From an uncultured archaeon (GTDB lineage: Archaea > Asgardarchaeota > Heimdallarchaeia > Heimdallarchaeales > Heimdallarchaeaceae): DNA of 64,000 bases. The first letter of the stretch is position 1. Each line of letters starts with the position of its first letter. The stretch covers positions 21,814-85,813 of the forward strand of contig CAZPXJ010000002.1 of NCBI GenBank assembly GCA_964590855.1. The letters are read 5' to 3'. The notes below the pieces were generated by a model. It saw only the letters and a program-made list of their open reading frames with translations. It did not search any database and was not told where the DNA came from. Shown in pieces: positions 1 to 9,118 of the stretch. A program made the translations under genes and the position numbers.

Positions 1-1011
1 CCTGCATTGGGTTATGATACAATGTTTTTACCTGCCAATAAACTAAAGAGACCAAAAACTGGTCCCGTTTCAATCTTTACTCAAAGTGGTGCTTTTGGAG
101 CTGCTTTTATTGATCAGTTATCTAGACTAGGGTCAGGAAGATGGGTTTCCAAATTCGTATCTTATGGTAATGCTAGTGATATAAATGAAACAGATGCCTT
201 AGAATATGTTGGTGGTGATCCTGATACTAAAATGATTCTCATTTATCTTGAAGATTTCAAAGATGGACGAAGATTTATGGAAAAAGCAAGAAAAATATCT
301 TTGAAGAAACCAATTATGGGAATCAAAGCGAATAGAACAGAAACAGGAGCTAAAGCAGGTGCGTCTCATACAGCTGCTTTATCCTCAGATGATGTTATTG
401 TTGATGATTTACTAAAAGATGCTGGTGTGATAAGAGTTACAACTTGGGATCAATTAGAAGACTGTGTTTTAGCTTTCGGTACTCAACCTCTTCCATTAGG
501 TGATAGAATTGCAATAGTAACAGATGGAGGTGGCGCTGGAGTAATGGCTTCTGATATGGTTTCGGATTGCAATCTGAAACTAGCCGAATTCACTTCAACT
601 GTCCAAACCAAATTGGATGAAATTTTCCCTTCATTTTACGCAACTGGAAATCCTATCGATATTACTGGAAGCGCAACAGCTGAGGATTACAGAATAGCTT
701 TAGAAGCAGCATATAATGATCCGAATGTCGACTCAGTTGTTAATATCTGTATTCCCGTAATTCCAGACTTAGATATCAATGAATACATTGCAATTACAAA
801 AGAAATTGCTTTGAGAAAAGAAAAACCATTTGTTACTTCTATGGTAGGTGGTAAAGAAGCAGATTTTGCAACTACTGAATTACTAAAAGCCGATATTCCC
901 GTCTTTACTAGTCCAGGAAGAGCCGTTAGAGCTTTAGGTATGTTAACTGATTATACGAGATATTTAAAGAAACGAGGAGTGGATCCTCGTTCAATTATGG
1001 TGGAGGATTGA
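1..1011 (+). CDS. acdA: ADP-forming acetyl-CoA synthetase (acyl-CoA ligase) alpha subunit, 5'-truncated by the window edge
   Basis: The frame is open from nt 1; the track start at 7 is an internal TTG. It has succinyl-CoA-synthetase-like CoA-ligase domains with SIFTQSGAFG, YGNASD and the phospho-His loop GAKAGASHTAAL. The beta-subunit gene overlaps its stop. Confidence 0.85.
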   Translation, partial: PALGYDTMFLPANKLKRPKTGPVSIFTQSGAFGAAFIDQLSRLGSGRWVSKFVSYGNASDINETDALEYVGGDPDTKMILIYLEDFKDGRRFMEKARKISLKKPIMGIKANRTETGAKAGASHTAALSSDDVIVDDLLKDAGVIRVTTWDQLEDCVLAFGTQPLPLGDRIAIVTDGGGAGVMASDMVSDCNLKLAEFTSTVQTKLDEIFPSFYATGNPIDITGSATAEDYRIALEAAYNDPNVDSVVNICIPVIPDLDINEYIAITKEIALRKEKPFVTSMVGGKEADFATTELLKADIPVFTSPGRAVRALGMLTDYTRYLKKRGVDPRSIMVED

Positions 1012-1700
1012 AAATGAGCGAAATTATTAATATCATTCAAAAAGCAAGAAATGAAAATCGTGACTCACTTCTAGAACATGAGGCTAAAGGAGTATTGAAA
1101 GCCATGGGTGTTCCTATACCTTCCTCTATACTTGCTCAAAATGAAGAAGAAGCAGTTGCAGCTGCAGAAGCTTTCGGTTACCCTGTTGTAATGAAGCTAA
1201 TGTCTCCAGATGTTCTTCATAAAACAGATGCTAAAGCAGTAGTAATTGATTTAAATTCCTCTGAAGCTGTCAGAAGTACTTTTCAGGATTTTATGAATCG
1301 TTTCCAAAATGTAAATGTTGCAGGAATGCTTGTTGAAAAAATGGTAGACAAAGGTATAGAACTCATTGTCGGAACTAATACTGATGATGATTTTGGACCC
1401 GTGATACTTTTTGGAGTAGGAGGAGTGTTAGTAGAGGCTATCAAAGATGTCGTATTCAGAATGTGTCCTACCGAGAAAGAACAAGCTTTAGATGCAATTA
1501 ACGAGATAAAAGCTAAAGTTATTTTGGAAGGATTTCGAGGACTTCCAGCTGTGAATAAAGGTGAGTTAGCTGATTTAATTGTTAAGATATCAGAACTTGC
1601 TTGGGAATATAGAGATGATATATTAGAAATGGATATCAATCCAATTATTGCTAATAGCTCGGGACTTCATCCAGTTGATGCTAGAATTATTTTGAAATAG
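1008..1700 (+). CDS. acdB: ADP-forming acetyl-CoA synthetase beta subunit (ATP-grasp)
   Basis: Motifs LLEHEAKGVLKAMGVPIP and GYPVVMKLMSPDVLHKTDAKAV are typical of the ACD beta ATP-grasp domain. The TTG at 1008 overlaps the upstream stop. The ATG at 1014, preceded by GGAGGA, is the more likely start. Confidence 0.85.
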   Translation: MKMSEIINIIQKARNENRDSLLEHEAKGVLKAMGVPIPSSILAQNEEEAVAAAEAFGYPVVMKLMSPDVLHKTDAKAVVIDLNSSEAVRSTFQDFMNRFQNVNVAGMLVEKMVDKGIELIVGTNTDDDFGPVILFGVGGVLVEAIKDVVFRMCPTEKEQALDAINEIKAKVILEGFRGLPAVNKGELADLIVKISELAWEYRDDILEMDINPIIANSSGLHPVDARIILK

Positions 1701-1741
1701 TAAATTCTTCTTTTTTTCTTTCTTATTTTATTAGGAATATA

Positions 1742-3943
1742 TTAGATCTCTTCGAAGTATTCTTCGAGTTCTATCTCTTCTTCCTCTTCTTCTGAAGCAA
1801 ATTTCATATCAAGCTCAACTAACGTTTTCTTGATAGTTTCAAGTACTCTGGAATCATCCTCATAATGCTGAGAATCAATGATTCGTTTGTAAATATGTTC
1901 AGGTAGATTATCAACATATCTAATTCCATAAGCTATAGAATCTCTGACTTTAGGATCTCGATCATTTTCTAGAATACTAACTAATCTCTCAAGAGTCTCT
2001 TGGTCTTTTAGATAGAGAAGGCACATTGCAGCAGTTGCTCTTTCAAAGGAGAAATTACTATCCAACATCGAAACGAGGTTCAAATTTGTTTGTACAGATT
2101 CGTTTCTCTTGGTAAGTACCAAAGCTAACCAAATACGTATGAATTCAGGTGACCTTTTAAGATTTTCTTCTATTTTTGATATATCCAAATCTTTTCTCAA
2201 GACTAGCTCCTTCAATGCAGTATCGGTATTGTCTCCAGCCAAGGTTAAAATCAGAGTACCTAAATTATCTCTTTGAAATAGCGGAATTATAATCATTGGA
2301 ATAAAGAAAATGGCGATAAGTGGATAATATCCTACATTGTTGTATACAAGGTTGTTGATTGCTACAAAGAAATAAATTATTCCTCCTATTAGTCCAACAA
2401 CTTTCAAAGGGTATTGATATTTGAATCTACCTCGAGGTATGGGATTTTTGACATAGAAGAACGATATAGCAAAAGCTATTACTCCTATGGAAATGGGAAC
2501 CGCAGTGAAAAGAAAGATTGAGGTTCCAGTTAATGTTTGACTTGTAATAGCTGTAGCAAGATACATTAATACAAAATAAATGATAACAGGAATCCCTGTG
2601 GAAAGAGTCAATATTAGGATTCTTTTTCGAAGTAATTTCTTCTCTAAGAATGAAGATTGTTTTCTCAAAGTAGGTACTATGGGGTCAGTCATTTGAAGAG
2701 TAGCTTGTGTCATAGTTTTCATTAAGCTTGTATAACTTTGTGCGCCATATCGTTTTGTTATTAGAGAATTTACAAGTCCTACTAGAACTATAAAAATTAT
2801 AAGAGAAAATATTATTCCTAAAAATTGGAAAATAAACTGTAGAATCACTTCAATAAGCATAATTGCTATAAAGAATAGTAATATTGCTACACCTTGTTTC
2901 TTGAAAGTTTTCCATGTTTTCTTAGCAAAACTAATTGTATCTCTATAGAAGATAATGGGATAAAGTCCCATTCCAAATAATCCTGCAATCTGGAGGTTTT
3001 TCATAATATCTATCAAAGTTGATGAGATGTAAGAATCTTTGGGGAATCCCCATTTTAAAATGATTAAAAATTCAAAGATATTAGATGTTTCATAACCAAA
3101 TCCAAACCCTAAGAAGAGAATGATAATTGTTAATTCGATTCTTCTACTTAGATGATACACTAATATGGTTACTAACGATACAATCAGATAGTAGAACAGA
3201 TCCGTAAGAAATGGTAATAATAAAGAGAACGATTTTTCTTGAAATGCTGGAATGAGATATTGTGGTATCGAAAATTGAGATAGTAGATAGAACATTAACA
3301 AGATTACAGCTGCTGCAACTGCTACTCCATCTAGAGTGTTGACTTTTTTATTTATTGAGTACATAATTCCTGCATATAATAATGCAAATATAGCTGTTGA
3401 AAGAATGATAGCACCAAGTAGAAAAATATATTCGTTTGTTGCTTTCCAATCTATTTGAACAACAGGTGTAGATGGATCAGAAGGGTTGGGATTTGGATCA
3501 TTTCGATTGATTATTCCTGCAATTTTATTTGCTGCTGGTTGAAGATAAGAATTATATAGAAAAGATAAACCAAGAATAAAAGAAAACCCAAAAAATGCTA
3601 TTTTAAGAATATTCAGCTTGTTCCCTGCTATCTTTTTGGGGGAATTTATCTTTATTCCAAGTTTGATGAAATAATAAACACATAGACCTACAACAGCTAT
3701 CATTGTACCTACATAAATTAAAATGTATGAAAGTGGGTTGATATTTTCACTCTGACCAAAAAGATCACTAAAAACATTTGTACCTACTATAAAACCCAGA
3801 AGAATAGCTAGTAGAATACCTAGAAGTTGCCCTCCAAATTGAACAGTCCAATCCATGAAAATAAGATCTCGTGCTAGAATAATGCTAAAGGATTCAAACT
3901 TTTCTTCTTCAGGTTCAGTTTCTTTAATCCCATCTGTTGACAT
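1742..3943 (-). CDS. Large polytopic membrane protein (about 16-18 predicted TM helices) with a cytoplasmic C-terminal HEAT (PBS-lyase-like) repeat region and an acidic tail; last gene of the MoxR operon
   Basis: Long hydrophobic segments run through the first ~560 aa. The C-terminus has DRDPKVRDSIAYGIRYV-type HEAT repeats and ends EEEEEEIELEEYFEEI. The start lies 2 nt from the upstream gene's stop. Confidence 0.6.
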   Translation of the reverse strand: MSTDGIKETEPEEEKFESFSIILARDLIFMDWTVQFGGQLLGILLAILLGFIVGTNVFSDLFGQSENINPLSYILIYVGTMIAVVGLCVYYFIKLGIKINSPKKIAGNKLNILKIAFFGFSFILGLSFLYNSYLQPAANKIAGIINRNDPNPNPSDPSTPVVQIDWKATNEYIFLLGAIILSTAIFALLYAGIMYSINKKVNTLDGVAVAAAVILLMFYLLSQFSIPQYLIPAFQEKSFSLLLPFLTDLFYYLIVSLVTILVYHLSRRIELTIIILFLGFGFGYETSNIFEFLIILKWGFPKDSYISSTLIDIMKNLQIAGLFGMGLYPIIFYRDTISFAKKTWKTFKKQGVAILLFFIAIMLIEVILQFIFQFLGIIFSLIIFIVLVGLVNSLITKRYGAQSYTSLMKTMTQATLQMTDPIVPTLRKQSSFLEKKLLRKRILILTLSTGIPVIIYFVLMYLATAITSQTLTGTSIFLFTAVPISIGVIAFAISFFYVKNPIPRGRFKYQYPLKVVGLIGGIIYFFVAINNLVYNNVGYYPLIAIFFIPMIIIPLFQRDNLGTLILTLAGDNTDTALKELVLRKDLDISKIEENLKRSPEFIRIWLALVLTKRNESVQTNLNLVSMLDSNFSFERATAAMCLLYLKDQETLERLVSILENDRDPKVRDSIAYGIRYVDNLPEHIYKRIIDSQHYEDDSRVLETIKKTLVELDMKFASEEEEEEIELEEYFEEI

Positions 3944-3945
3944 GT

Positions 3946-5814
3946 CTACACCTCAATATCACTAAGGATGACATCGAATCTTCTTTTTCTACTCTTAACA
4001 TATCTTCTGATTCTTTTAGCAATGAAATAAAAGATCACAATTACAATACCAACTGCTATTGCAATCCCTGTGTAAATAACATTCCAATTTCTGCTAACAA
4101 TAATAAAAATCTGATATGTATTGTCAAACTCATATAGTTCATAGATTTGACTTCCAACATCAACAGAGATTGAAACATTCCATACTCGTAATCCAAACCC
4201 TTGAAATTCATCATATTGAAGATCTAACGTTTCATCAACATCTAAACTTTCAATTTCTCTAGTCATCTTTATGGTGTCATTAAATACTAATGAAACCCAG
4301 AATGGGGCTGAGAGAATAGAACCATTGTTCTGTATTGTAAAATCGATTGTTAATCTTCGAAATTCTGTAGGATTCTCTGGATTTACTATTACTTCTTTTA
4401 CATTGAGATTGGGAAAACGATACCATGAGTATATATCTGTTGCATTTTCATCATATTCGGTAAAGTAGGAAATTATGTTCATAGGGTATAGAACATTCAC
4501 GGAACTATTCCAACTTCTTTCTTCTGGAGCAGAAGTTAGCATTTTGTTAAAGGAATGTCCCGTTCCTATTATTCCTATGGTGTAATTAGAATCATAAGTC
4601 AAAATACTCCCTACTCCCCTTGTAATCATTCCATCTATATCGTAAATTAAAGTTCCATTTTCTTCTAAATACATAGGAATTATTTCTGTCCCATCTTGTA
4701 ATACTATTACTCCCATCTTTTGATTAGAGTAAGACAAAGCAGAATAGAAGATTTCTCCATATTTCATGTTATCTGGTGAGATATATTGAATTCCTGCTTT
4801 ATGTACAGTACCATTGATAGTATAATTGTAAAGTATAGAGAGAGAGAAATTAGAATTGATAAACGAGATATTATAGAAATACTCACCCGCAGGTATAAGG
4901 TCACTTGTAAGTGTAGTTGTTCCATTATTAGGTAAAATAACAAATCCTGAGGTGTCTAGATCAGTTTGATACACAACAATACCTCCTTCTCCCAGAGTAG
5001 AAATAGTAACTTCTGCATCACCATCAATAAGTGGTATTAAATCTGTATCTGGAGGGGGATAAGTATAATATTGGGTTCCCCAAAGAAATTGAGGGATAGC
5101 AGTAAATGCAAAAGCACCTTCGTCAGGTGTAAGCGAATAAAAAACCACGCCAATAGGACCTGATCCTTTAATGACGGTTCCTTCCATTACATCAACATCT
5201 ATTGTTTGTCCAACAAAATCAATGTTTTCAGTTTGATCCACTTCACCTGGATTACTGATTGTCACTTCAGAGTTGTTAAATCCTGCAATAATTTTTGCTT
5301 TCATATTATCATATGGACTCTGATATTCATCTCCCCACATAGACATTACCAAAGGAGAATAAGAAAATGTGTCATCTGAGATAGTGCTCTCCGATAGATG
5401 ATAAACATTGATTTGTAAGGGAACGAATGTTTGAATTAAGGAACCATTTACCATATTTATTTCAGTTGCTGAATTGAGAATGAGTGTCTCATTTGAATTA
5501 AGATAGGTTGTATTTTCGTATGCTACTGGTTCAAAGCCAAATATTATTGGAACTTCATCATAGAGCGTGGTAATTTCGACGATTGTTGGTCCAAATGGAC
5601 CCGCCTCAAAGAGCAATGGGAGTCTATAGTTGAGATATAATCCTCCTGCAGAACTCCCACCTCCTGTATCCTCACCTCCACCAGGAGGAGGAATTTCACC
5701 AGAACTAGGGCTCCCTGCAGATGTATAACTAACTGTATAAGAAGAAGTAACAGAAAAGTGACTAATTACTAGTATGAAGAAAATGAGTATTGTAGCAATA
5801 GTTCTCTTCTTCAT
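3946..5814 (-). CDS. Secreted, C-terminally membrane-anchored surface protein (N-glycosylation-sequon rich; possible CARDB-like domain near the C-terminus)
   Basis: It has an N-terminal signal/anchor (TIATILIFFILVISHF), a Gly/Pro/Ser linker, many N-x-S/T sequons, and a C-terminal TM (IYTGIAIAVGIVIVIFYFIA) followed by a basic tail KRIRRYVKSRKRR. Its ATG overlaps the DUF58 stop (ATGA). Confidence 0.6.
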   Translation of the reverse strand: MKKRTIATILIFFILVISHFSVTSSYTVSYTSAGSPSSGEIPPPGGGEDTGGGSSAGGLYLNYRLPLLFEAGPFGPTIVEITTLYDEVPIIFGFEPVAYENTTYLNSNETLILNSATEINMVNGSLIQTFVPLQINVYHLSESTISDDTFSYSPLVMSMWGDEYQSPYDNMKAKIIAGFNNSEVTISNPGEVDQTENIDFVGQTIDVDVMEGTVIKGSGPIGVVFYSLTPDEGAFAFTAIPQFLWGTQYYTYPPPDTDLIPLIDGDAEVTISTLGEGGIVVYQTDLDTSGFVILPNNGTTTLTSDLIPAGEYFYNISFINSNFSLSILYNYTINGTVHKAGIQYISPDNMKYGEIFYSALSYSNQKMGVIVLQDGTEIIPMYLEENGTLIYDIDGMITRGVGSILTYDSNYTIGIIGTGHSFNKMLTSAPEERSWNSSVNVLYPMNIISYFTEYDENATDIYSWYRFPNLNVKEVIVNPENPTEFRRLTIDFTIQNNGSILSAPFWVSLVFNDTIKMTREIESLDVDETLDLQYDEFQGFGLRVWNVSISVDVGSQIYELYEFDNTYQIFIIVSRNWNVIYTGIAIAVGIVIVIFYFIAKRIRRYVKSRKRRFDVILSDIEV

Positions 5815-6752
5815 CTTACAAGACCTCTTCTTTTTGATCCGAAATAAGTCAGTAATAGTTTTTCCATTAGAACTGTTGTGGGGGCATCTATTACATCAAT
5901 ATTCAAACCAACTACTTTTCGTTTAAATTCATTAATCTCTTTTATCTGCAATCCGAGCTCATACATGAACATTCCTCGTTCAAGAAGATTACTGAAGTTA
6001 ACAGCTAAAACATCCCCTGTTTCTGGATCTTGGAATTTTACTTGTCTTGGATTTTTTGGGAACAAAAATTCTTCTGGATCATGTATGTGAATTAATTTAA
6101 CATCATGATGTTTGATATTGGCAACTTTGAATCCGTCAAGTGCTTTCTCAAGATTACCATGAAGGTCAGTCAGTATGATGATAATTGCTCTTCGTTTTTG
6201 TGCTAATGCAATCTCTCTGATACTCTCACCAATATCTGTGTTCCCTAGTGGGGCAACTTTTAACATTTCATTAAATATAGTATACAGATGAGTTTTTCCA
6301 CCTCTGGGGGGTATATATTTATGGATTTTATCAGAGAATGATACCCAACCAAAATTATCTCTGTTATTCATCACAGTATATGCTAAAGTAGCAATAGCTT
6401 CTACTGCCATTTTAATTCTGGGTGTTGGATCACCTAAAAGCATCGAATAACTTGTATCAAGCATCAGAATAACATTGGTGTTCCTTTCTTGTTCGTAATC
6501 TCTAACAATTAGTTTGTGAGGAACTCTTGAAGATGCATTCCAATCAATAAACCTCAAGTCATCTCCCTCAATATACTCTCTTAAATCAGCATATTCTGTC
6601 CCTGGTCCTCGAAAGATAGATCGTCTATGACCTTGTAAAAAGCTTGTAGACCTCTCTTTCGCAAGAATCTCTAATTTCTTAAGTTTCTTAAGAGGTATTT
6701 TTCCGCTTTCTTTTTTCTCTTTTACTGATTTGGGCTCTTCGACTAGAGTCAT
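5811..6752 (-). CDS. DUF58 family protein (vWA-like fold, intact MIDAS D-x-S-x-S)
   Basis: It carries the signature REYIEGDDLRFIDWNASSR and then VILMLDTSYSM (DxSxS). DUF58 is the classical genomic partner of MoxR ATPases. Confidence 0.85.
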   Translation of the reverse strand: MTLVEEPKSVKEKKESGKIPLKKLKKLEILAKERSTSFLQGHRRSIFRGPGTEYADLREYIEGDDLRFIDWNASSRVPHKLIVRDYEQERNTNVILMLDTSYSMLLGDPTPRIKMAVEAIATLAYTVMNNRDNFGWVSFSDKIHKYIPPRGGKTHLYTIFNEMLKVAPLGNTDIGESIREIALAQKRRAIIIILTDLHGNLEKALDGFKVANIKHHDVKLIHIHDPEEFLFPKNPRQVKFQDPETGDVLAVNFSNLLERGMFMYELGLQIKEINEFKRKVVGLNIDVIDAPTTVLMEKLLLTYFGSKRRGLVR

Positions 6753-6756
6753 GTTC

Positions 6757-8349
6757 TTACCTTCGTTTCATTAATACTTCGTAAACATTTTCAATTGATT
6801 TGAGCGTATTCTGGCCATCTTTTAAAGTATAATTATCATCCCAGAGTAAGCTATCAACAATACTAAAAGCTTGTTTTGCTTCTTTGTGAACTTGTTTTTC
6901 ATCTTTAACCATATCTAGGACAATCTCGTTGATATCTACAAGAACACTAATGTTAATCTCTCCTGTAACAATAAGGGACAAAATCTTCTGGTAAGTTTCA
7001 AGGATTTTGAGAGCTTCTTTACCTTTCATTTTGATTTTCTTAATGTCAATTATAAGAGGTTCTTTAACCTTAACTTTGTCTTTCAGATCTTCTTCAAGAA
7101 TCTCGTCTAGTTCCCTTTCCACTCCTTTGGCTAGACGTAGTTTTCTTTTCTTTATCGCAGCTATATAAGCAAATATTGGAAAGAGATTGAATTGCCAACT
7201 AGGTTCAAATATTCCTTTTTCAGTCATCAATTTCTCAAAATACCTATTTAGAGAGAGTCCTATGGAAATGAGTATTAGGAACAAGTGGCAAATAATCATC
7301 CAAGAGTATGAAGTATTATCTGCATTGAGGAAAACCATTACTGCTACGCTTAGTAGAAACCATATTGCCATTGCAACGAATATATAACTCTCTTTTTGCC
7401 AATATAACCAAACTCCAATAAGACTGGCTATGATTGTAACCCCATAAAAGATTATTATTTGAACTATGGTTATTCTGGACCAGAAAGTAAAGTAAAACAT
7501 AGCTAACATTAGAGTCGAAAACATAGTTGCTCCAATTGCAGCTTGAACTAATTGTCTTACATTGCTCTCAAATTTTATGTCGGATCTAAACTGATTTCTA
7601 TCCAAATTTCCTCTGAATTTTACATAACTCTGATAAAGTACAGCAAACATCATACCACCCATTATAGCGATATCGAGGACAGACATGAAGGTTGTTGTGT
7701 TCAAAAGAGCAGAACCCTCTACTTCATACACTTCAATAAATTGTGCAAAGATATCAGCATGAAAAATCATTGGTGAGAATATTATGATCAATACAGCATA
7801 TAGTAACCACAAGAGGTTGTGTGCTGAACTAATTAGGTCTAATACGATTGGTGGTTCAGAGACATTCCATTCGGCTCCACTCAGGAATTTAGGCATTCTA
7901 TCTTGAATATATCTTGATCGTATTATTCTTTCTAAAATCTCTGAACCTATTATTAATGATGCAATTATGGGTAATGATATCCAAATACCTAAACCATTTG
8001 GACTGGGTCCAAGTAAAAGTAAAAAGAGATTTACACCTGTTGCATTAGCAATTTCAACTCCTACATTTGGGATTGTTGCTTGAAGGATTGAAAATATTAT
8101 GATAAACATATATGGAATAAGTTTCAAGAACGAATACCATAATCTCTCTAATCTGATACGAATACCTACTCCTCTTGCTGTTTCTACAAGTGTTGCATTA
8201 AGTTCATAGGGATAAATTTTACGAGTACCTTTGACTATAGCTCTAGTTTGACTTTTGAATAATCGAGTTCTCATTCCAAAAGATCTCATGAGGACATCCA
8301 TTTTCTGTAAAGATCTTTCCAAAGGTGTTGTTGGTTTTTTCGAGCTCAT
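6757..8349 (-). CDS. Polytopic membrane protein (~10 TM) with a cytoplasmic coiled-coil C-terminal domain; MoxR operon member
   Basis: It has multiple hydrophobic helices between residues ~70 and 400, and a K/E-rich C-terminal ~130 aa. It sits 4 nt from the downstream gene and 1 nt from the upstream gene. Confidence 0.5.
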   Translation of the reverse strand: MSSKKPTTPLERSLQKMDVLMRSFGMRTRLFKSQTRAIVKGTRKIYPYELNATLVETARGVGIRIRLERLWYSFLKLIPYMFIIIFSILQATIPNVGVEIANATGVNLFLLLLGPSPNGLGIWISLPIIASLIIGSEILERIIRSRYIQDRMPKFLSGAEWNVSEPPIVLDLISSAHNLLWLLYAVLIIIFSPMIFHADIFAQFIEVYEVEGSALLNTTTFMSVLDIAIMGGMMFAVLYQSYVKFRGNLDRNQFRSDIKFESNVRQLVQAAIGATMFSTLMLAMFYFTFWSRITIVQIIIFYGVTIIASLIGVWLYWQKESYIFVAMAIWFLLSVAVMVFLNADNTSYSWMIICHLFLILISIGLSLNRYFEKLMTEKGIFEPSWQFNLFPIFAYIAAIKKRKLRLAKGVERELDEILEEDLKDKVKVKEPLIIDIKKIKMKGKEALKILETYQKILSLIVTGEINISVLVDINEIVLDMVKDEKQVHKEAKQAFSIVDSLLWDDNYTLKDGQNTLKSIENVYEVLMKRR

Positions 8350-8350
8350 T

Positions 8351-9118
8351 TTACTTCTTCTCCGCCTTTTTTGCTTTTTTCTGCATTTTCTTTAACCGTC
8401 TCTCTTCCCTTCGTTGTGGGGCGTTTGTAAGAGCTTCTCTTAGTTTTTTATAACCCACTTTGGTAAGCTCAATAGTTTTTGGAATGCCTATGAATAAAGC
8501 TGGAGTAATCATTACCAAGAATATAACTAGAAAGATAATGATCCATCTAGCAAATGTCAGTGGATCAGGGAATCCTGGAAGGTTAATAATTGGATTAGCT
8601 CCTTCTCTTTCAACTTGGATATAGGATTTATCTCCAGGAAATTGTGCAATAAAGAGAGTATCTGACGGATATGATGAACTATGTGCTAATATTTCTATAG
8701 ATATATTGAATAGATTATAATCTGCAGGAGCTACTAATGTTGTGTTAATGAAATATTCTTGATTGGTTTCGTTTAACATGAAATCATCTGCATGAAGATA
8801 TCTTGCTTCCGTTTCATTGTCAGGATAAACATAAGTAATATCAACATAAGTAATTGTGATGTTGTATCCTGGTTGAATATTATTTGCACCAAATGTAATA
8901 TTGAAATTGACATCAGTATTTTCTTCCCAACTCAAAGGAGATTTTGAAACAACGGTGAAGTTAGTAAATTCATCAATTTCAAATCTATAAGTTGGAGAGG
9001 TATATACACTATCCTGCCCTCTCAAAGGATTAATTGTTACAACTGTTGATACTAAAATTGTAATGAATATAAAATATAGAATTGGTTTTTTTAACTTCAT
9101 TTTTGTTCTTTTCTCCAT
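8351..9118 (-). CDS. Small secreted, C-terminally anchored protein; MoxR operon member
   Basis: It has a signal peptide (KLKKPILYFIFITILVSTVVT), a beta-rich ecto-domain with N-x-S/T sites, a TM (WIIIFLVIFLVMITPALFIGI) and a K/R-rich tail. The ATG at 9100 forms an ATGA overlap with the upstream stop and is the likelier start. Confidence 0.6.
   Translation of the reverse strand: MEKRTKMKLKKPILYFIFITILVSTVVTINPLRGQDSVYTSPTYRFEIDEFTNFTVVSKSPLSWEENTDVNFNITFGANNIQPGYNITITYVDITYVYPDNETEARYLHADDFMLNETNQEYFINTTLVAPADYNLFNISIEILAHSSSYPSDTLFIAQFPGDKSYIQVEREGANPIINLPGFPDPLTFARWIIIFLVIFLVMITPALFIGIPKTIELTKVGYKKLREALTNAPQRREERRLKKMQKKAKKAEKK

Noticed and set aside
1283-1639. Antisense 'shadow' ORFs inside longer genes. 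Examples are 1283..1639, 9212..9487, 14693..14953, 16166..16435, 29123..29461, 33134..33520, 35542..35829, 36236..36517, 46016..46315, 46590..46937, 57275..57583 and 62585..62851.
   Set aside because: Each lies wholly within a longer ORF on the opposite strand that has recognisable domains. Their compositions are low-complexity (S/I/F/L-rich), as expected from antisense AT-rich coding DNA.
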